Source of the DNA: Candidatus Anderseniibacteriota bacterium
GTDB taxonomy: Bacteria; Patescibacteriota; Andersenbacteria; UBA10190
NCBI GenBank assembly: GCA_016197005.1
Contig: JACPWO010000001.1
Coordinates: forward strand, 87,266-151,265
Length of the DNA stretch: 64,000 nucleotides
Reading direction: 5' to 3'
Part shown: in pieces, positions 20,741 to 28,928 of the stretch
How the letters are laid out: every line of letters begins with the position of its first letter
Position numbering within the stretch: the stretch's first letter is position 1
Made by a program: the position numbers and the translations under genes
The notes under the pieces: model-generated
Told to the model about the DNA's origin: nothing
The model's database searches: none
Seen by the model: the letters and a program-made list of their open reading frames with translations, nothing else

Positions 20741-22515
20741 AACATATTACAAGCAACGAACTGCGCGAGTTGTATCAGAAGTTTTTTGAATCAAAGGGGC
20801 ATACGCGGATTCCCTCAGCCCCCCTCGTACCAGAAAATGATCCGTCAGTTTTGTTTACAACCGCCGGCATGCATCCACTCGTTCCCTATCTCAAAGGACA
20901 ACCGCATCCGGCCGGGAAACGCCTCACGGATGTTCAAAAATGCCTGAGAACGACGGATATAGAAGAGGTGGGAGATACTACTCATGCCACTGTCTTTGAG
21001 ATGTTGGGTAACTGGTCACTAGGTGATTATTTTAAGAAAGATGCTATTACTTGGAGTTATGAATTTTTAACTGGGAAGGAATGGCTTGGACTGGATGTGA
21101 AACGGCTGGCTGTGAGCGTATTTGCCGGTGATGATGATTCACCACGCGATGAAGAATCTGCTTCAGTTTGGAAATCGCTTGGCATTTCCGAAGATCGAAT
21201 TGCGTATTTAGGGAAAGAAGATAATTGGTGGCCAGCTGGTGGTAAGCAACCTGGGCCCCAAGGGCCAGATACCGAAATGTTTTACTGGGTCGGGGAGGAC
21301 GAAGCGCCACAAGTCTTTGAGCCGAGTAATAAGAAGTGGGTGGAAATTTGGAATGACGTCTTCATGCAGTTTGACCGCAAGGCGGACGGCTCATATGAAG
21401 AACTCCCGCAACAAAACGTAGATACTGGTATGGGACTTGAGCGTACAGTAATGGTCTTGAATGGTTTGACCTCTATATACGATATCGACAGCTTTACACT
21501 TCTTATGAAGCATGTAGACGCATACACAAAGACCTCGAATGAACGGGCTCGTCGGATGCTGGCCGATCATATTAAAGCCGCCACTTTTGTATTGGGAGAT
21601 AATCAACCCGTTGTACCCGACACAAAAGATCAAGGGTATGTTCTGCGTCGCCTAATTCGTCGTGCCGTCCTAGCTCTTCGTGAACTGGGAGTAACTGAAA
21701 ATGCGAGCGAAGTGTTATCTGCTGGCGCTGCGATTATAATTAGCGAGTACGGTGCGGCTTATCCATCGCTTCAGCAACACGCCACTCATATTTCTGAGCA
21801 ACTAAAGAAGGAAATAGACAAGTTTGATACTGCACTCGATCGCGCCCTTCGTGAATTTGATAGAATTGCCCGCAGTAAATCCTCTGGTAATACTATTGCC
21901 AGTGTTGATGTATTTCGTCTGTACGAGGCCTACGGCCTGCCAGTAGAAATCACCCAGGAACTGGCACAAAAGGCTGGGCTGACACTTGATCTTACCGGAT
22001 TTAAAGAGGCGTTATCTGCTCACCAAGCAAAATCTCGCACGGCGGCCGCTGGGAAATTTAAAGGAGGTCTTGCTGATCATTCTGAAAAGTCGGTTCACTA
22101 CCATACCGCCACTCACTTACTTCATCAGGCTCTGCGCACCGTGTTGGGTGATCACGTATTACAACGTGGCAGCAATATTACACCTGAACGTCTCCGTTTT
22201 GATTTTTCACATCCCAACAAAATGACTCCTGATCAGATTAAAGCCGTTGAAGATTTGGTGAATCAGAAAATTCAAGAAAAGATGTTAGTAACACGCGAAG
22301 AAATGACGGTGGAGGAAGCAAAGAAACGAGGGGCACTTGGTCTGTTTGAGCACAAGTACGGCGATAAAGTGAGTGTATATACAATGGGAGATTTTTCCTG
22401 TGAGATTTGTGGTGGGCCGCACGTAGCTAATACTGGAGAGTTGGGAATGTTTAGGATAAAAAAAGAAGAGTCTGCCAGTGCAGGAATTAGACGTATTAAG
22501 GCTATCCTCGGGTAA
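20731..22515 (+). CDS. alaS: Alanine-tRNA ligase, short form (594 aa)
   Basis: LFTTAGM, FEMLGNWS, DTGMGLER; editing motifs HTATHLLH and CGGPH; ends at GIRRIKA. Confidence 0.96.
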   Translation: MNAKHITSNELRELYQKFFESKGHTRIPSAPLVPENDPSVLFTTAGMHPLVPYLKGQPHPAGKRLTDVQKCLRTTDIEEVGDTTHATVFEMLGNWSLGDYFKKDAITWSYEFLTGKEWLGLDVKRLAVSVFAGDDDSPRDEESASVWKSLGISEDRIAYLGKEDNWWPAGGKQPGPQGPDTEMFYWVGEDEAPQVFEPSNKKWVEIWNDVFMQFDRKADGSYEELPQQNVDTGMGLERTVMVLNGLTSIYDIDSFTLLMKHVDAYTKTSNERARRMLADHIKAATFVLGDNQPVVPDTKDQGYVLRRLIRRAVLALRELGVTENASEVLSAGAAIIISEYGAAYPSLQQHATHISEQLKKEIDKFDTALDRALREFDRIARSKSSGNTIASVDVFRLYEAYGLPVEITQELAQKAGLTLDLTGFKEALSAHQAKSRTAAAGKFKGGLADHSEKSVHYHTATHLLHQALRTVLGDHVLQRGSNITPERLRFDFSHPNKMTPDQIKAVEDLVNQKIQEKMLVTREEMTVEEAKKRGALGLFEHKYGDKVSVYTMGDFSCEICGGPHVANTGELGMFRIKKEESASAGIRRIKAILG

Positions 22516-22521
22516 CTGTCC

Positions 22522-22551
22522 TTGACAAATTCGTAATATTAGGTATATAAT
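22522..22551 (+). promoter_or_regulatory. Consensus sigma70 promoter
   Basis: TTGACA-18 nt-TATAAT. Confidence 0.7.
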
Positions 22552-22600
22552 AACAGGGTTTCAGTTGCTCTATACAATCAATAACCTATAGGAGAAACCC

Positions 22601-22792
22601 ATGAGAATGCTACGGGCGTGGTGGGAGCTGGCGGGATGCTTCGGCATTGTGGTGGGGTATGGACTTAGGGACGCTATTCAGGGTAAGTGGACGGTGGCCT
22701 CTGCTACCGTTGCCACTGGGCTCGTCCTTAGTGGCGTAATAGTCGGCATTATCCTACTTACCTCTATTCAGATCCTTGGTCTGAAGATCTGA
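22601..22792 (+). CDS. Small hydrophobic membrane protein (63 aa)
   Basis: AGGAG SD, own promoter and terminator, hydrophobic C-terminal half. Confidence 0.55.
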   Translation: MRMLRAWWELAGCFGIVVGYGLRDAIQGKWTVASATVATGLVLSGVIVGIILLTSIQILGLKI

Positions 22793-22817
22793 ATAGAGTT
22801 GAAGCAAACGCTTCCGT

Positions 22818-22860
22818 AAGAACCCCTTCCCAGCGTGGGATGCGTTAAGGGTTCTTTTTC
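22818..22860 (+). terminator. Intrinsic terminator
   Basis: AAGAACCC/GGGTTCTT stem followed by a T tract. Confidence 0.65.
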
Positions 22861-22913
22861 TTACCTAATTTCATCGGGTTGGCTCAGCTTCTCATTGTGC
22901 TACACTAGTGCTA

Positions 22914-24353
22914 ATGCAAGATATTAGGCCAAATAAACCGAAGGATTCAAAAGAGCCATTTACTCCACCGGAGAGTCTTCCTAGTCCAAAGCAGTTGTAC
23001 ACAAAACCACCGAAAAAATTACCTGGTGCGAAAGTTCCTGTTGCTGCATTAAATGTTCCCAAACTTGTACCGAAAAAAACGAGTAGCCCTAAGTTACTAA
23101 CTGGGGCTGTTGAAAAATTAAAAGCTGCTTCCATTTCTCGACCTACTTCAAAACCAGTTACTTCTTCTGCTAATCAATTCAAAAATGTAACTCCCGTTGT
23201 TCGCACGAAATCCAAAACAACCTCTATGCGTTTAGGTGGTAGAGAGCGAAAGCTTATTGCTGTTATCAGCGGCCTTATAATTGTTGTCTTGGGTCTGGCT
23301 GTTTATTTATTCTTACCCAAAGCGACCATTACTTTAGCGCTCAAAACTGCCCCACTTCTGCTCGACGAAACCTTAACGCTGCAGCAAACAGATAATCCGC
23401 AGACAGGTGTTATTCCCGCAACCGTATTTTCTCGAGAAGTTCATGTTGAAGGAGCCGCACCGGTAACCAGCACCGAAACGGTTGGCGCTAAAGCTACTGG
23501 TGTTGCTCGGATTGTGAACGGAACTATTGATGAACAGAAAATTAAAGAACGTAGTCGCCTTGTAACTGAGGATGGCACACTTTTTTACATGCAGACTCAT
23601 GCCATTATTCCTCCACAAGGAGCAGTTACCGTAGCAATTGAAGCAGACTTAGCAGGCGAAGGGGGAAATATTGAGCCGCAGCGACTAAATTTCGCTGCGC
23701 TCGATACGGCTTCTCAGTCTCTTGTATATGCTATGGTCGACACGAAGCTTACAGGTGGAAGTGGAGAGCAAGTATTAGTTGTGCGAGAAGCTGATCTCAC
23801 CGCTGCTCGCGAAAGTGCCGGAGCTACAGCTAAAACACAGATTGAGCAAGAAATTCGAGCACAATTAACAGATGAGTTCACCATTTTGGAGGAAAGCTGG
23901 ACTGGTGAAATTAAGGCATTTGAAACAGACGCGAAGGAAGGAACACAGCAAGAGGCAATTCCATATAAAGCTGATGTAGCAGTGCGTGTATTTGCCTATA
24001 AAGAAACTGCTCTAGAAGAATCCCTCCGCGGTGCCCTCGAAGCTCGACTAGACGACGAATACATGCTGTTCCCAGAGCCTATCTCCTACACAAAGTCCGT
24101 GGGTAACGTAGACTGGGAAAAGGGAGAGGCTGACCTCAACGTTCGGGTGACGCACACCACTATCCCAACCTTTTCGATCGATACACTCCAAGAAAAACTG
24201 GCTGGACGAAGTGAAGAAGAGGCTCGCAGTTACCTTGAAAGTCTGCCGGGAGTAGAAGGAGTAGAAGTTAAACTTTCTCCTTTCTGGGCCCTCGGAATTC
24301 CTCGCATTGAAAAGCGAATTGAGGTAAATCTGGTATCCGACCGCCAACCGTAA
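22914..24353 (+). CDS. CPR-type single-pass membrane protein with baseplate-J-like extracellular region
   Basis: Lys/Pro-rich N-terminus, one TM, LPKATI, KATG, GGS and LSPFW...IP motifs. Confidence 0.6.
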   Translation: MQDIRPNKPKDSKEPFTPPESLPSPKQLYTKPPKKLPGAKVPVAALNVPKLVPKKTSSPKLLTGAVEKLKAASISRPTSKPVTSSANQFKNVTPVVRTKSKTTSMRLGGRERKLIAVISGLIIVVLGLAVYLFLPKATITLALKTAPLLLDETLTLQQTDNPQTGVIPATVFSREVHVEGAAPVTSTETVGAKATGVARIVNGTIDEQKIKERSRLVTEDGTLFYMQTHAIIPPQGAVTVAIEADLAGEGGNIEPQRLNFAALDTASQSLVYAMVDTKLTGGSGEQVLVVREADLTAARESAGATAKTQIEQEIRAQLTDEFTILEESWTGEIKAFETDAKEGTQQEAIPYKADVAVRVFAYKETALEESLRGALEARLDDEYMLFPEPISYTKSVGNVDWEKGEADLNVRVTHTTIPTFSIDTLQEKLAGRSEEEARSYLESLPGVEGVEVKLSPFWALGIPRIEKRIEVNLVSDRQP

Positions 24354-24363
24354 GAAGGCCTGT

Positions 24364-24392
24364 TTGACAAGTAAACGGGGGCTTGGTAAGGT
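24364..24392 (+). promoter_or_regulatory. Promoter of the infA-rpmJ-alpha operon
   Basis: TTGACA-17 nt-TAAGGT with an extended -10 TG. Confidence 0.65.
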
Positions 24393-24489
24393 ACTTTTAC
24401 TGCACCGCAAGACCTTGGAATGAGCAGCTTTTAATGGTTTGCTTATAGGCTCTGCGTGGTGCGGAGCATTTATTTTTAAGGCACATTTT

Positions 24490-24705
24490 CTGTCAAAACA
24501 GGACACAGTCGAAGTTGAGGGCGAAGTAACGGAGACTCTTCCAAACACGCAATTTCGTATAACGCTAGATAGTGGTCATGAAATTATCGGCCATCTTTCC
24601 GGAAGAATGCGAATGCATCGAATTCGGGTTATGCCCGGCGATCGTGTAAAGGTTGCAATGTCACCCTATGATCTCTCTAAAGGCAGAATAACAGTGCGAA
24701 TGTAA
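24490..24705 (+). CDS. infA: Translation initiation factor IF-1, apparent CTG start
   Basis: (M)[18 protein letters not shown]...SGRMR...GDRV...[10 protein letters not shown]. Confidence 0.93.
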   Translation: MSKQDTVEVEGEVTETLPNTQFRITLDSGHEIIGHLSGRMRMHRIRVMPGDRVKVAMSPYDLSKGRITVRM

Positions 24706-24714
24706 TATTGAGGT

Positions 24715-24828
24715 ATGAAAGTACGCGCATCCGCCAAGAAAATATGTGCTAAGTGCAAGATCGTCCGTCGTAAAGGACGCGTGCATGTTATTTGCGAAAA
24801 CCCGAAACATAAGCAACGACAAGGATAA
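24715..24828 (+). CDS. rpmJ: 50S ribosomal protein L36 (absent from the ORF track)
   Basis: Translates as [37 protein letters not shown]. Confidence 0.97.
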   Translation: MKVRASAKKICAKCKIVRRKGRVHVICENPKHKQRQG

Positions 24829-24830
24829 TT

Positions 24831-25220
24831 ATGATTCGTATTGCCGGCATTAATATTCCAGATAACAAACGAGCAGTGATTGGTCTCACCGCTGTGTATG
24901 GTATTGGCAAGAGTTTAAGTGCTCGTATTCTGCGCGAACTTAGTATTTCCGAAAATGTAAAAGTTAAAGATCTTACTAGCGCAGAAGAGCAGAAGATTCG
25001 CGAATATATTGAGTCCAAGATCAAAGTAGAAGGAGAACTTCGTCGCGAAGTTACTATGAATATTAAGCACCACAAAGATATCGGTAGCTGGCGGGGACAA
25101 AGACACAGTAAGCATTTACCAGTTCGTGGTCAGCGCACCAAGACAAATTCTCGTACCGTTCGTGGAAATACTCGTAAAACAGCTGGCAGCGGACGTCGTC
25201 CATCAGCTGAGAAAACGTAA
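24831..25220 (+). CDS. rpsM: 30S ribosomal protein S13
   Basis: RIAGINIP and LPVRGQRTKTNSRT motifs. Confidence 0.97.
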   Translation: MIRIAGINIPDNKRAVIGLTAVYGIGKSLSARILRELSISENVKVKDLTSAEEQKIREYIESKIKVEGELRREVTMNIKHHKDIGSWRGQRHSKHLPVRGQRTKTNSRTVRGNTRKTAGSGRRPSAEKT

Positions 25221-25228
25221 TCCTCTTT

Positions 25229-25627
25229 ATGGCTACTACACCGGCAACAAATCCGAAGAAAAAGAAAACACGTTCTCGCAAAGTACCGCAGGGAGTGGTC
25301 TTCATTCAATCTACCTACAACAATACTATTGTTTCAGTCACTGACCTTACGGGTAACGTATTGGTTCAAAGCAGCGCTGGTCGAGCCGGATTTGCCGGTG
25401 CTCGCAAAGGCACTCCTTTTGCCGCCCAACAGGCAGTGGGCGAAGCCTTGGAGCGCTTAAAGCCATATGGCCTAACCGAGGCACATATTCGCGTAAAAGG
25501 AATTGGAAGTGCTCGTGATTCTGCTATTCGCTCGCTTGGTGCCGCTGGTATTACCATTTTATCTATTCGTGATTTAACTCCTATCCCACACAACGGCGTT
25601 CGTCCGCGTAAACGTCGTCGTGTCTAA
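25229..25627 (+). CDS. rpsK: 30S ribosomal protein S11
   Basis: STYNNTIV, TPFAAQ and TPIPHNGVRP motifs. Confidence 0.97.
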   Translation: MATTPATNPKKKKTRSRKVPQGVVFIQSTYNNTIVSVTDLTGNVLVQSSAGRAGFAGARKGTPFAAQQAVGEALERLKPYGLTEAHIRVKGIGSARDSAIRSLGAAGITILSIRDLTPIPHNGVRPRKRRRV

Positions 25628-25635
25628 TTTTTCTT

Positions 25636-26160
25636 ATGCCTTTTAACCCCCAGCAATCTCAGCAAAAGCGTCGTCGACCACGAAGTCGATATGGGACTCA
25701 GCTGCAAGAAAAACAGCAACTGAAAGAGATTTTTGGTATTCGCGAAGGACAACTCAAGCGATACTTCTTTTCTGCTCGTCGTGCTCGTGGAGAGACTGGT
25801 CCTCGTATGATCAGCATGCTGGAAAGTCGCCTCGATAACGCTATTTTCCGCGCTGGTTTTGCGCAGACTCGTGCTCAAGCTCGGCAGATGGCTTCACACC
25901 GTTTCTTTTCAGTGAACGGACATGCTGTAAATATTCCATCGTACCAACTGAAAAAAGGTGATGTGGTACAGGTTCGCGAAACTAAGAAAAGTGCTTCCTA
26001 CTTTAGTAACTTTGATAAACGTATGCAGAATGTTCGTCCACCGTCTTGGATTTCACTTAATCCAGCGGAGTTTGGTTTTACGATTACCGGCGTCCCCACT
26101 CATGAGGAGGCTAATTTAGGGGTCGATATCCGGGCAATCGTCGAGTTCTTTGCTCGTTAA
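25636..26160 (+). CDS. rpsD: 30S ribosomal protein S4, N-terminally short
   Basis: YGTQLQEKQ, LESRLDN, ARQ and IVEFFAR motifs. Confidence 0.95.
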   Translation: MPFNPQQSQQKRRRPRSRYGTQLQEKQQLKEIFGIREGQLKRYFFSARRARGETGPRMISMLESRLDNAIFRAGFAQTRAQARQMASHRFFSVNGHAVNIPSYQLKKGDVVQVRETKKSASYFSNFDKRMQNVRPPSWISLNPAEFGFTITGVPTHEEANLGVDIRAIVEFFAR

Positions 26161-26187
26161 GCATTATCTCTTAAGCGCTATTTATCT

Positions 26188-27165
26188 ATGTTAGAGCCAA
26201 TTTACTTACCAGATTCGGTTACGGCTGAGGAAGAGGGTAAAAATACCGCCCGCTTCACCATCCAACCATATTATCCGGGCTACGGCCCAACTGTCGGCAA
26301 TGCCTTACGGCGTGTGCTGCTTTCTTCATTGCCAGGTGCTGCTGTTACGCAAATGCGTATTGCTGGAGCTGACCATGAATTCTCAACGATCGAAGGCGTA
26401 AAGGAAGATTTATTGAATATTATGCTCAATATTAAAGGCATACGCGTATCCAGCGAAGTTGATGAGCCGGTAGAAATTCGCCTCACTGTGAGCGGTGAAA
26501 AGAAAGCCAAAGCAGGAGATTTTAAAACTCCTCCGAAAGTTACAATTTCAAATGTTAACCACCACATCGCTACCCTGACCGATAAAAAGGCAAGCCTCGA
26601 TATTATCTGCACCGTGGAGCGTGGTCGTGGCTATGTTCCATCAGAAGCGCAAGCTTCTAAAGAACGTCCGATTGGCACAATTGCCTTAGATGCCGCCTTC
26701 ACTCCAGTTGAGCGCGTCAGTTACACGCTTGAGAACGTTCGTGTTGGACAGGAGACAGATTATCATGCTTTGAAAATGATTATTACGACTGACGGCACTA
26801 TCACTCCAGAACAAGCATTACGACAAGCCGCTTCTATTCTAAAAGATCACTTTGCGGAACTTACGGGTGACTTCGCAACTAAACTAACAGCGGAACGTGT
26901 AGCCGAAGTTCCGGTTGAAGAAACTCCAGAGGAGACTCCTATTCCTAAGAACACTTTGAATCTGTTGCAGCTACCTTCTCGCGTTCACAATGCACTCGAG
27001 CGAGTTGGCATTACGACAGTGGAACAAGTTCTCGACCTGACGGATGAACAGATCCGCGACATTCCTGGCCTTGGCGTAAAAGCAGTCGAGGATTTAACTG
27101 GTGCTCGCGAGGATTATATCAAGCGTCAAAATAAGACTACTGAAGAAACAAGCAATGAAGCATAG
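26188..27165 (+). CDS. rpoA: RNA polymerase alpha subunit
   Basis: GNALRRVLLSSLPG, HEFSTIEGVKED and GRGYV motifs. Confidence 0.97.
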   Translation: MLEPIYLPDSVTAEEEGKNTARFTIQPYYPGYGPTVGNALRRVLLSSLPGAAVTQMRIAGADHEFSTIEGVKEDLLNIMLNIKGIRVSSEVDEPVEIRLTVSGEKKAKAGDFKTPPKVTISNVNHHIATLTDKKASLDIICTVERGRGYVPSEAQASKERPIGTIALDAAFTPVERVSYTLENVRVGQETDYHALKMIITTDGTITPEQALRQAASILKDHFAELTGDFATKLTAERVAEVPVEETPEETPIPKNTLNLLQLPSRVHNALERVGITTVEQVLDLTDEQIRDIPGLGVKAVEDLTGAREDYIKRQNKTTEETSNEA

Positions 27166-27508
27166 ACATGGAAATCGAATATTAAGTCGTACCGCCGCTG
27201 ATCGTGGTCAGCTTTTGCGAACCCTCAGTAAGTCACTGCTAACTCACCACAGTATCGTCACGACTGAAGCAAAAGGAAAAGAACTCAAGAAGTTCTTTGA
27301 GCCGCTTATGACGACCGCGAAAGAAGAGCTTACCTTAGCACGACGCCGCAAACTTTTAGCTATTCTCCAGGGACGGGATCACGTTGAACAGTTAGTGAAG
27401 GTAGCAAAGGACGCTAAGAGTCGCCCCGGAGGATACCTCCGACTAACCAAGCTACCTCGTACTCGTAAAGACAACGCCCAAGAGGTACGGGTTGACTTTG
27501 TCGACTAA
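27155..27508 (+). CDS. rplQ: 50S ribosomal protein L17
   Basis: MKHR...LSRT, TTEAKGKE and RPGGYLR motifs. Confidence 0.95.
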   Translation: MKHRHGNRILSRTAADRGQLLRTLSKSLLTHHSIVTTEAKGKELKKFFEPLMTTAKEELTLARRRKLLAILQGRDHVEQLVKVAKDAKSRPGGYLRLTKLPRTRKDNAQEVRVDFVD

Positions 27509-27530
27509 ATCGCTCACACATAATCTACGT

Positions 27531-27965
27531 ATGGCTAAGAAACCAGAAAAAATATATATCAATCCCAACGCCGAATGGCATCAAATGGATGCTAGTTCTA
27601 AGGTTTTGGGTCGTCTCGCCACTGATGTTGCTGGTTTACTTTTGGGTAAGCACCGCACTGACTACGCCGCTAACTTGGTTTCACCAGTATATGTAATAGT
27701 AACTAACGCAGAAAATCTGAAGGTAACGGGAGCTAAAATGGAGGATAAAAAATACTACCGCTACAGTGGATATCCCGGTGGTATTCGATCCCGGTCACTG
27801 AGAGAACAAATGGAGCGTGACCCATGTAAGGTTATTGAGGATGCTGTTATGGGTATGCTACCTAAAAATTCATTGCGCCCACGACGCTTGCAACACCTCA
27901 AGATTTACACTGGCATGGAGCATCCACACGAAGCTCAGATTAAAGCTGTAATAAAGAAAGACTAG
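27531..27965 (+). CDS. rplM: 50S ribosomal protein L13
   Basis: LGRLAT, YSGYPGG, GMLPKN and HPHEAQ motifs. Confidence 0.96.
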   Translation: MAKKPEKIYINPNAEWHQMDASSKVLGRLATDVAGLLLGKHRTDYAANLVSPVYVIVTNAENLKVTGAKMEDKKYYRYSGYPGGIRSRSLREQMERDPCKVIEDAVMGMLPKNSLRPRRLQHLKIYTGMEHPHEAQIKAVIKKD

Positions 27966-27967
27966 CT

Positions 27968-28369
27968 ATGACTGATGCAAAGAAAGATCGTCCATATGGT
28001 TTAGGTCGTCGCAAAGAAGCGGTGGCTCAGGTGCAACTTTCAACTACACCAAAAGAACGTACGGTAAACGGAATTGCTTTTACAACATATTTTCCAACCG
28101 AGGCGATGCAGAATGCTGTCATTCGTCCTCTTAAGACTACTTCTCAAGATGATGTGTTCGGTTTTGGACTTCGTATATATGGCGGGGGAAAGAATAGCCA
28201 GGCAGATGCTGCATCACTTGCAATTGCTCGCGCTATCCTGACTTCAGACGAGGGTTATCGGAAGGCGCTACGAGCGGCTGGATTGCTTACCCGCGATCCA
28301 CGAGCGAAAGAGCGTAAAAAGCCAGGTCTTAAACGTGCCCGTCGCGCTCCTCAGTTCAGCAAGCGGTAA
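27968..28369 (+). CDS. rpsI: 30S ribosomal protein S9
   Basis: GRRKEAVA and LTRDPRAKERKKPG...PQFSKR motifs. Confidence 0.97.
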   Translation: MTDAKKDRPYGLGRRKEAVAQVQLSTTPKERTVNGIAFTTYFPTEAMQNAVIRPLKTTSQDDVFGFGLRIYGGGKNSQADAASLAIARAILTSDEGYRKALRAAGLLTRDPRAKERKKPGLKRARRAPQFSKR

Positions 28370-28377
28370 CCTATTTT

Positions 28378-28407
28378 AAGAAGTCCACTCCCCGGGGTGG
28401 ATTTCTT
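28378..28407 (+). terminator. Hairpin/terminator after rpsI
   Basis: AAGAAGTCCACTCC pairs with GGGGTGGATTTCTT, including G-U pairs. Confidence 0.55.
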
Positions 28408-28523
28408 CGATACCCTTGACACAAGATATATTTGTGATAATTTGTGGGGTAGGCGAACTTCGATTGTCGGAGTTCTTATGTTCTCTGTCGCCCGGGGCGA
28501 CGATTTTCTGTGAAAGGATTCCA

Positions 28524-28853
28524 ATGCTTGTAATCAAGCGGAACGAAGGTGAACGGTTTTTCATGGATGATCAGATCTTTGTACAGCTTCTCAGGGCCAG
28601 TGAGGCGAGGGTTAAGATTCTGGTCAATGCTCCAAATCTTCGTGTTGTGCGCGGGGAAATACTTGCTGACGAATCCTCGACCACTCCCGTGAAGAAGTCG
28701 GGGAACCTCGTCCTTACGCGAAAACCAGGACAAGTCTTTTGGATCCTCCCTTCGATTCGCATCATGGTAACTGCAGCCAGTGGTGGCTCAGCCAAGTTTG
28801 GCATTGAGGCTCCAAAGGAAATTATGATCTTGCGGGAAGAACTTATGGCTTAG
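28524..28853 (+). CDS. Tandem two-domain CsrA/RsmA-family RNA-binding protein (109 aa)
   Basis: Two CsrA-like repeats: MLVIKRNEGE...VNAP.LRVVRGEI and LVLTRKPGQ...GIEAPKEIMILREEL; AAAGGA SD; TTGACA at 28416. Confidence 0.8.
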   Translation: MLVIKRNEGERFFMDDQIFVQLLRASEARVKILVNAPNLRVVRGEILADESSTTPVKKSGNLVLTRKPGQVFWILPSIRIMVTAASGGSAKFGIEAPKEIMILREELMA

Positions 28854-28888
28854 ACTTAGCCATATTTCTCACTTCCCAAGAAACGTAT

Positions 28889-28928
28889 GCCGCCGAAAGC
28901 TTTCGAGCTTCCCGCGGCTTTTTTATTT
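28889..28928 (+). terminator. Intrinsic terminator after the CsrA-like gene
   Basis: GCCGC/GCGGC plus AAGCT-TTCG-AGCTT hairpin and a T tract. Confidence 0.65.
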
